20,000 nt of DNA from an uncultured virus (IMG/VR IMGVR_UViG_2061766007_000748) (Duplodnaviria > Heunggongvirae > Uroviricota > Caudoviricetes): the IMG/VR virus record IMGVR_UViG_2061766007_000748. The stretch is one strand, 5' to 3'. Below the pieces are notes generated by a model. It was not told where the DNA came from. It did not search any database and worked only from the letters and a program-made list of their open reading frames with translations. The translations under genes were made by a program, and so were the position numbers. Shown piece after piece: positions 9,035 through 16,742 of this stretch; position 1 is the first letter of the stretch; every line of letters begins with the position of its first letter.

Positions 9035-9227
9035 CAGGAAAAACCGTTCATTAGAAAACTTCTATAAGGATGTCTTAATACCTTTATCATTTTATAATCT
9101 CGGTTCTGTTAATGATTTACTTAATATGAAACAGTACGAACTCAAACAGTTACGGTCTTGTCTTAAAGATAAATCAATCATAAAATTACATTATGACATC
9201 ATAGGTATACCGCTTAAACAGGACTAA
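9018..9227 (+). CDS. Baseplate hub assembly catalyst (T4 gp51-like), 69 aa
   Basis: SLENFYK...SVNDLLNMKQYELKQL resembles the gp51-like pattern. Overlaps the end of the gp26-like gene and precedes the tape measure. No clear RBS. Confidence 0.6.
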   Translation: MDLLIDRKNRSLENFYKDVLIPLSFYNLGSVNDLLNMKQYELKQLRSCLKDKSIIKLHYDIIGIPLKQD

Positions 9228-9233
9228 ACTGTT

Positions 9234-9245
9234 TTATATATTTTT
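9234..9245 (+). promoter_or_regulatory. Candidate phage late-promoter motif, copy 3
   Basis: TTATATATTTTT in the short intergenic space before GAGG RBS and ATG at 9260. Confidence 0.5.
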
Positions 9246-9259
9246 AATAGAGGTTACAG

Positions 9260-10638
9260 ATGGCTACATACTCTCGTTCAGATTCAAGTTCTCAAACGGC
9301 AACAGCAACTCAGGTTTTACCAAGTAAAGATTTAAGTTCTGTTATTGTTAAATCATTGGAAAATATCGTAAAAGAAAACAATGATGGTAAGAATGAACAG
9401 GAAACCATTACAGATGCTATTAACAATTCTAATCTTAACAGTTTACTTGAAAAGAAAGAAAAAGATACTAATACGAAACAACTTGAGAATCTTCTTGTAA
9501 AATCACCTTCTGTAAATAAAATGCTTACCCAAACATTAAGTCAGAATATTGGTAAAGTANNNNNNNNNNNNNNNNNNNNNNNNNNNNNNNNNNNNNNNNN
9601 NNNAGTGGTGCTATAGGTGGATTACAGAAAGCTGTTCATACACCACTTAAAACAATCGTTACGAAACTGGCATTAGGTGCAGCAATTGGAAGTCAAATAT
9701 TTGTATTTCTGGAAGGAGCTTTAGCTAAGTTTCTTAGCGAAAAAGATTTACGGACAATTAATNNNNNNNNNNNNNNNNNNNNNNNNNNNNNNNNNNNNNN
9801 NNNNNNNNNNNNNNNNNNTGAACAAGTTCTTTCTAAAGTAACCATCATGGGAAAACCTATCTATGGTTCTTTAACTAATGAAGAAAAAGACCAATTAAAA
9901 GAACTTGAAAAAGATAAGAATGTTCTTGCCTATAAAGCCGCTACCTATTACACGAAACAAACAGATAAAGAAATATTCAGGGAAGGTCAAAGGGTTGGTA
10001 TTCACAATAAGGATGATTATGATCTTAATACTGAAGAAGGAAGATTAAAATTCAGATATGATTATCTTGAAAAAATATCAAATATGTATTCGGGTGAAGA
10101 ACGTGATAATATGATTTATTCTGAAGCCAGAAGAATAGACCAGTTGTACGAACAAAGAAAAAAAGAAGAACAGGAAGGAAGAATAAGACTAGAACAAAGA
10201 TTAGCTAGTGGAGAAATTGATAAAGATGTCGTTGATACTTATTTTGGATTAAAAGCGAGAAGTACAGAAAAAATAACACCAGAATATTTTGATGAAAAAT
10301 TAGAAAATCTCGACTCTAAAGAATCACAGTATGCCTCAGATTATGTGCAAANNNNNNNNNNNNNNNNNNNNNNNNNNNCTGCGGCAGAAGCAAAAAAAGC
10401 AGTAAAAAAATACGGATGGAGTTCAGAACTTGAGGCTGCTAAAATAGCTTATCAAGGGCAATACGGTGATTATAATTATGCCCCAGCTACCGGAGCAGAA
10501 CAATTCCTCGATAACCAGTATCAAAAATGGATAGATTCTTGGACTAAACTGTTCAGGGATTTTACTTCACAGATGGGAATTGTAATACAGCAGAAGAGTG
10601 AAGTTCCAAATACCACAAGAACCATAGGAGCAAAATAA
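9260..10638 (+). CDS. Tail tape measure protein (gp29-like), about 460 aa; track ORFs 9260 and 9847 joined
   Basis: Between gaps, 9604-9762 reads open as SGAIGGLQKAVHTPLKTIVTKLALGAAIGSQIFVFLEGALAKFLSEKDL (hydrophobic segment), then EQVLSKVTI runs into the 9847 ORF. Helical, charged composition. Located after the chaperone pair and before the gp48-like gene. Confidence 0.65.
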
Positions 10639-10639
10639 T

Positions 10640-11674
10640 ATGCCTATTGCAAATGTACTTCAATCTATAGATATACCCACTTTCGGAAAACCAAATTACA
10701 GGACTGAAGATGAATTCATTCCTAACAGTTATGCTATGTATAATGCACCTGGTGGAAACGGATATGAAACATCAGTTCCTCAGGAAATTATGATAGCCTG
10801 TAAAGGAAAAAGAAGACGTGTTGTTGGTTATCTGTCTGAAGGTGTGAAATTAAATGGTGTTTCAAATTGGGAACCTATTGTAAATACAACAGGTATTTCT
10901 CAATTAAATACAGGATTAACAAAAGCTAATACACTTGGTCAGTTAGGTTTTGGTGGTCAAACAACTTCAGGTGGATATTCAACGGGAACTGGTATCTTAC
11001 AGCCTTGGCTCAACCGTCAGTTCTGGAAAGGTAGTGACCCGTTTACACTTGAATTTAATTTTAATCTTGTAGCAGAAACTTCAGCAAGAGATGACGTATA
11101 TCTTCCTGCAATTGCTTTATTATCGTTCTGTTATCCAAGATTAATAGATAATGTTGAAATAGTTGAGAAAACAAAAAATACAGTAGATAATACTTTTGCA
11201 ACAGATATGGGTGACGGTAGTGGTAGAAGTACTGTTATAGGTGCTTTATCCAAATCAGTATTAAATACTTTTGCTACACCAGGTCCTTCACTTATGTATG
11301 GGGCTAAAGGAAATAAAGAAGGTGAAAATGATAATGGCGACGCTGTTACCATTGTGGTTGGAAATACTTATGCTTTTGGAGCTTGTTATCTAACCAAAGT
11401 AAGTCTTGAAGAATCGCCTAATAGAGATTACACCGGATATCCTACCTGGTGTAAATGTTCTGTAAGTGCTAGGGCAATGGATTCTAATTTCTGTAGTCCT
11501 GATGGTGATTTTATGGTAAGCCAATGGGGTGATTCTGCAAGTGATATGTCTGACTTAGTTGAGGCTCTTACAGTAACCACAGAAACATTAATAAAAAATG
11601 CAGCTAATATTGCTAAAGCAACTTGGAATTCTATAACAGCGTTTGGAAGTATATTTGAATCAAATAAGGAGTAA
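10640..11674 (+). CDS. Baseplate tail-tube cap protein (T4 gp48-like), 344 aa
   Basis: QFWKGSDPFTLEFNFNLVAE...LLSFCYP and GACYLTKVSLE...GYPTWCKCSVSARAM match the gp48/tube-cap fold pattern. Follows the tape measure. Confidence 0.7.
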   Translation: MPIANVLQSIDIPTFGKPNYRTEDEFIPNSYAMYNAPGGNGYETSVPQEIMIACKGKRRRVVGYLSEGVKLNGVSNWEPIVNTTGISQLNTGLTKANTLGQLGFGGQTTSGGYSTGTGILQPWLNRQFWKGSDPFTLEFNFNLVAETSARDDVYLPAIALLSFCYPRLIDNVEIVEKTKNTVDNTFATDMGDGSGRSTVIGALSKSVLNTFATPGPSLMYGAKGNKEGENDNGDAVTIVVGNTYAFGACYLTKVSLEESPNRDYTGYPTWCKCSVSARAMDSNFCSPDGDFMVSQWGDSASDMSDLVEALTVTTETLIKNAANIAKATWNSITAFGSIFESNKE

Positions 11675-11678
11675 TGAA

Positions 11679-11927
11679 ATGTTAAAACCATTAAAATTTC
11701 CTAGAGGTGTTTTGAATCTGTTTACTATCAATAACAGCTCTAAAATTACAATTACTCAAGACTATGAACATAGACCGGATAAAATATTTGCCAAAATAAA
11801 TAAACCGTCAATGAGAGATGAACTTGTTGATAATTATATATCAAACACATCACCTATTTCTTTAAGTAAAGGTGATAGTTATGTAGTTACAGATACATTA
11901 TTCAAAGGATATTTCGCTAATGTATGA
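11679..11927 (+). CDS. Small LysM-like baseplate wedge protein (gp53 / P2 gpX-like), 82 aa
   Basis: AAGGAG RBS before ATG 11679. YEHRPDKI...N..P.SLSKGDSYVV is a degenerate LysM/gp53 pattern, and gene order agrees. Confidence 0.65.
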   Translation: MLKPLKFPRGVLNLFTINNSSKITITQDYEHRPDKIFAKINKPSMRDELVDNYISNTSPISLSKGDSYVVTDTLFKGYFANV

Positions 11928-12743
11928 TAAAGATGCTGGACAACAGATAAACCTAGATGTAGGACAGGCTCGTATACTGGAAGGATATATTGAGGATGAT
12001 ATATTTGCAATATCTTCATATCTTCATATCAAGTTTGAATCTCCGGTTAAACTGTTATTAGGTGCTGATAATAAATATTATTTCACATATATGGGAATAG
12101 ATTGGGTTCCAATGACATTAGATGAATGTAGGGGAATTCAAGACCCTTGGCAGTATGAAGTTAATTGCTGCCCTAAATGTATTTATACATACATTCAAAA
12201 ACCATATTCAAATACAGCAGAACTTGCAAGAAATATGGGTCTCAAGTTAAATGGTGTAAGTGCAAACCTTAAACTTCCTTGTCCTATAATAAATCAGTAT
12301 GCCGCTAACATCGTTCAGGATAACAGATTCTATTCATTAGAAAAAGGTATGGTAGAAGGAAATATAGGTAAGGGAATTTATATCTATGTGAACAGTAATG
12401 AAATGTATAGTAACACCTGGAGGAATATGGTTTCTCAAACTGCTACAACATTTGAATTNNNNNNNNNNNTGTTACTTATGAAGATTATCAGTTCTACAAT
12501 TTGTTTGCTGCAGCTAATGGTCCTGATGTATGGAGACAAAATGATTATATAAGACGAATGATAGGACCACAGTTTAAGATTGAAACTACGCTAGCCGCAG
12601 CCCCGTTTAATGTTTATACAATCAAACTTGAAGATACACCTGAATTTGATACCGGACTTCCTTTTCTTTGTATTTATTCAAGAAAAGATATTAATGAGTT
12701 TAGTGGGTTTACACATTATTTTGCAGCTATTAATTATGTTTAG
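11920..12743 (+). CDS. Baseplate hub protein (gp27 / P2 gpD-like, by position), about 274 aa; track ORFs 11920 and 12501 joined
   Basis: After the 11-N gap the frame VTYEDYQFYNLFAAANGPDVW... runs to TAG 12743. N-terminal YIEDDIFAISSYLHIKF resembles hub proteins. Sits between the LysM-like gene and the spike. Confidence 0.55.
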
Positions 12744-12752
12744 GAGAAGATA

Positions 12753-13469
12753 ATGGCAAAACAATTTATTGGAACTGAAGCAACAGGTGTATATGTTGGA
12801 ACACTTGTTGAAGATATGATAACAACGGTAGCAAGGGAAAAGAAATTATACTGTAATGTTCATATTCCAGAATTCTTTGCTAAAGATACAGATTATCCTT
12901 TAACCTATGTTCCATTATGGGCTATGAGTTTACCACTTAAAGAAGGTGATAAGGTTCTTGTTGAATTTCATCAGGATAACCTTATGTATCCTGTTCTGTA
13001 TAAAAATCCTAATGAAATTGATAAAGGGTTTTATGAACAATTTAATGTTAATAAAACTACTGATCTTCCTAATAATCAAGACACAGAAGGAGCATTTAGA
13101 TTAGGTAATGACAGTTATATCATAAAAACCAAAAATTATACAATCATTCATCAAAACAATGGATTTTTATTATTAGATGATTCTGGTAAAGTTTATGTAT
13201 ATGGTAGTGCAATTAAAATGATTTCTAGTGGAAAAACATTAATAAAAGCAAATGATAATACAATCGGTAATGATATATTGGTACCAATCTGTGAGATGGT
13301 TTCAAATCTTATTGAATATATTAGAAGTATAACAACATTAACAGAAGCTGTTCCATTAGAACCACTTGTTGCACTTACTGGGGAATGGTTAGGAACTCAT
13401 GCAGAAGATATACTTAAATATAATCTNNNNNNNNNNNNNNNNNNNNNNNNNNNNNNNNNNNATGATTGA
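12753..13469 (+). CDS. Baseplate central spike (gp5 / gpV-like, OB-fold); exact stop uncertain because of N-gap 13427-13461
   Basis: AGGAG RBS. YVGTLVED...CNVHIPEF...LPLKEGDKVLVEFHQDNLMYPVL OB-fold signature, followed by beta-strand repeats (IIHQNNGFLLLDDSGKVYVYG). Confidence 0.85.
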   Translation: MAKQFIGTEATGVYVGTLVEDMITTVAREKKLYCNVHIPEFFAKDTDYPLTYVPLWAMSLPLKEGDKVLVEFHQDNLMYPVLYKNPNEIDKGFYEQFNVNKTTDLPNNQDTEGAFRLGNDSYIIKTKNYTIIHQNNGFLLLDDSGKVYVYGSAIKMISSGKTLIKANDNTIGNDILVPICEMVSNLIEYIRSITTLTEAVPLEPLVALTGEWLGTHAEDILKYNXXXXXXXXXXXXXD

Positions 13470-13728
13470 ATTTGACGAATCTTTATCTAAAAAATATTAC
13501 GGTAAAGAAGCAATAATAAGGCGTATTCAAACTAGAATCAAACATACAACTTTTGATATTCCTTATTATGAACGTGGACTGGATGTTTCGGAATTTCTCT
13601 ATGGCAGTCAGGTTGCTGCAATTAAACTTGCATTCAAAGATTTTGGTCCTCAACTGAATTACAACTCAATAAATTCTAGAATTCAATATTATGATGTAAA
13701 TATTGACGTATCTATAGGAGAAGAATAA
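13462..13728 (+). CDS. Baseplate wedge / sheath initiator (gp25 / gpW-like), 88 aa
   Basis: GKEAIIRRIQTRIKHTTFDIPYYERGLDVSEFLY matches the gp25 pattern. Lies between spike and gp6-like gene, with a TAATG overlap downstream. Confidence 0.72.
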   Translation: MIEFDESLSKKYYGKEAIIRRIQTRIKHTTFDIPYYERGLDVSEFLYGSQVAAIKLAFKDFGPQLNYNSINSRIQYYDVNIDVSIGEE

Positions 13729-15709
13729 TGGCATTTCTTAATCAGTTTGCAACTTATTTTGATTCTCAGGAACGACAGACTGAATTATACAACTTATGGT
13801 CAGCAATTGGTGTAAATACGGAAAAATCCATTCTTGAAGAACAAAATCATATCAATGCAGAATTTACAGATATTAATAATTTTTCAGAAGACACGTTAAG
13901 GTCTTGGTTAGCGTTCTTTCTTCAAAAAATACCTTATAGAATAACAGCTACCACTCAGGTTACTGTAAGTCTTAAATCAACTCAACAGAATCCTAATCCG
14001 AAACAGACACAGATTCCAAAATACAGTCAACTTGCTTCTAAAAACGGTATTATATATACATTGTATGATGATGTTACACTTGTTATGGGTGATGAACGTA
14101 CTGTTACGGCAGTTCAAGGAAGACGTGTTGTTGAAACCGGAACCTATAACTCCGTTATTAAAGTTCAGGCAACAAATCCTGACCTTAATTATCTTGAAGT
14201 AAAGATAAATGGTGTTGATATACCACAGGTTAGTTTTGAAACATCTTACGACCAGTTATCTTTTCCTGGTAGTTGGAAACCTCAGAATGAGGATGGACAT
14301 AATTGGGGTGGTACTCCTTTTTTACAAAATGGTTATGGTGTAAAAGGAACCGCTTTTACTGTAATAGCAGACGGTTCAGCTAAGTTTGGTGAAGAGGCTA
14401 TTCCTATTGAATTTAGACAAGGCGACTTAGTTGTATATGACGGTAAGAGTTGGCAGCGTTCCGCCTATACTAACCAATTGCAACCAATCCAATTTGCAAG
14501 TACCTATGCAATTCCAAGAAACGGATATTTTGCATATTATTATAATGATTATCTTTACATCAAAATATTTATGGGTTCTGATGTTTCTGATCCTAACGGT
14601 TGCCAGTATGAAGTATCTTACATCNNNNNNNNNNNNNNNNNNNNNNNNNNNNNNNNNNNNNNNNNNNNNNNNNNNNNNNNNNNNNNNNNNNNNNNNNNNN
14701 NNNNNNNNNNNNNNNNNNNNNNNNNNNNNNNNNNNNNNNNNNNNNNNNNNNNNNNNNNNNNNNNNNNNNNNNNCAAAGGTTATACACGGGAATCAGTATT
14801 TCTTCTGTTCCTGAATATACAGCCTGGTTTAAGGCTCAACCTGAAATTGGAGATACCCTTGTATTATCTGATTGGGAACGATATATTCGTAACGGTAATG
14901 AAATAGACAGGGTTTCACAGGGTATAGTTGAAATATATGCAATTGGTTATGACGGAGCACAACTTTCTAAAGAAATGCAGACAAAACTTCTTGAACGTAT
15001 AGCCCCATATAAAGATATTGCTGTTTTAAGGTTTAGTGATTTTAAGGAAATTCAAAATTATCTTATGTTTGAATATACATCATCTAATAACAATGATGCG
15101 TTTGAACAGTATCTTAAAACGGTTGCTTCACAGTTCTATAACATAGATTATATCCATTCAACTAAATCTTCATTGTTTACGTCGCTTGATTTGGCTGCCG
15201 TTATGAAAACTATTCAGGAAGGTTCACCTTACGAATCTACAGGTTTAATTCTCAAAGGTTATCATTATTATGACAGTAGAACAAATGAGATGGAAGTGAC
15301 ACCGGATATAATCAATTTTGAATCATATGCCGGTGAAAAACCAGGTACAGGCTGGTATAAACTTCATTATTGTACAGGCACATCTCCTGATGATTTAACA
15401 GAACATACGGTAGAATTTATAGAACAGGAACAGATTACTAATCCTGGTACAGCAAGTATATATCCTAAAAACTCATTGACACCTAACCCTGTTGCTGTAG
15501 GTTATCATGATGGAACTCACGTTAACTTAAACTTAACTTCATACGGTCCTTTCTATAGTGCAGTAGGAGATACTGAACATAATGCGTATATAGAATGCTG
15601 GTGGGGTATGGAAAATGAAGGTATACTTGATATAGGTGCTAATAACGGTCTTAGAAAACTCTATAAAATTCACGTTCCTGGTGATGATGAGGATAATAAT
15701 AATGGTTAA
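13728..15709 (+). CDS. Baseplate wedge protein (T4 gp6 / P2 gpJ-like), about 660 aa; track ORFs 13728 and 14975 joined
   Basis: ATTQVTV, QIPKYSQL, IIYTLYDDVTL and VTAVQG baseplate-J motifs. After gap 14625-14773 the frame QRLYTGISISSVPEYTAWFKAQPEI...GIVEIYAI...LSKEMQTKLLERIAPYK is continuous with the 14975 ORF. Confidence 0.8.
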
Positions 15710-16742
15710 TGAATCAACTATACAAACTTATGCTCAAAAGAATACCTCGCCTCAAATGCCTATAGAAGCTAAATATGTAAATGCTTTTGTCAATTCAATA
15801 TTAAATTCAACTTCCGTTCAGACCGCATATAACATTTTAGCTGAAGAAATGCAGAATGGTGAATCCTTTCTAATTTTTAATTCATTTTGGGAAACCGCAG
15901 CGGAAATCAACATGGAACCATATCGTTCAATTGTAGCATATGCTATGGTTAAGAAAGATTTCCGATTGTTTGAATTAATTTCTGCAAGTTTATTCACAGG
16001 AACCGTTTCAGAATATCATGGTGAAGATTTGTATACAGAAGTTGTAGAGAATACAGACATACCGGCAAATATGTATACTGATATGGGTCTTTATACTGAT
16101 ATGAGTCCCGGTTCTATTTTTATAGGATTTACAAATATTTATTGTGATAATCCGTTACCTGATGGAACAGGAAGTGAATTTCAAACTTATGAACAAATGA
16201 TGGCTGGTTATGAGATTTTTAAGAAACTTATAACAATGACTAAACCTGCAAGAGTAGGTGTATTTGTATTCTTTGAACCTTACTGTTTTATCGGTGGAAA
16301 TAATACCGAACTCAGAACCTGTGGAATTGATACAAATAATCCTGATTTTATATCTCCTTTTGGTACAGATGGTAATGGAAGTTATGCTACAATTATGGGT
16401 ATGTCAGATAACGACTTAATGAACTGTTACCGTATCGTTTCAATGTTTGACAACAATAATCCTATAAACATTGAAAGTGAAAGAACAGTTACTGAAGTTG
16501 CCAGAACAGAACATGATGATGACCCTGTTGAAGTAAAACGGTATCTGATGTTTACATACAAGCTTAGATGTGTACCTCAGGAAGGTGCAAGTTCTATATG
16601 GGGTAATATCTTAATATTGTCAAATCTATTAGGTATTTCAAATCTGAATAATATTGTATTTACTCCTGATAATGCACATAAACAAAATCTTAATAATCAT
16701 TATTTTATTCGTTTAGATGTGAAGTTCCCTAGACCGGATTAA
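15702..16742 (+). CDS. Baseplate wedge protein (gp7 / P2 gpI-like), 346 aa
   Basis: ATG 15702 overlaps the gp6-like stop, with GAGGA upstream. KKLITMTKPARVGVFV matches the conserved motif of gpI/gp7-like proteins, and gene order agrees. Confidence 0.62.
   Translation: MVNESTIQTYAQKNTSPQMPIEAKYVNAFVNSILNSTSVQTAYNILAEEMQNGESFLIFNSFWETAAEINMEPYRSIVAYAMVKKDFRLFELISASLFTGTVSEYHGEDLYTEVVENTDIPANMYTDMGLYTDMSPGSIFIGFTNIYCDNPLPDGTGSEFQTYEQMMAGYEIFKKLITMTKPARVGVFVFFEPYCFIGGNNTELRTCGIDTNNPDFISPFGTDGNGSYATIMGMSDNDLMNCYRIVSMFDNNNPINIESERTVTEVARTEHDDDPVEVKRYLMFTYKLRCVPQEGASSIWGNILILSNLLGISNLNNIVFTPDNAHKQNLNNHYFIRLDVKFPRPD

Noticed and set aside
2985..14773. Apparent frameshifts or pseudogenes in the 3042, 3114, 4139, sheath, gp54-like, gp26-like, tape measure, hub and gp6-like genes
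   Set aside because: Every frame change falls inside an N-run, so inexact scaffold gap lengths explain them. There is no evidence of decay or recoding.
16074..16103. Direct repeat TATACTGATATG, two copies (YTDM-GL-YTDM), in the gp7-like gene
   Set aside because: Short in-frame coding duplication. Not a CRISPR array or DGR repeat, and no reverse transcriptase is present.
3114..16742. Headless tail cluster as an eCIS, tailocin or T6SS
   Set aside because: Flanked by phage-type primase and helicases, with gp26- and gp51-like chaperones. No Afp15-like AAA+ ATPase, effectors, lysis cassette or membrane complex is visible. Head genes are probably outside the window.
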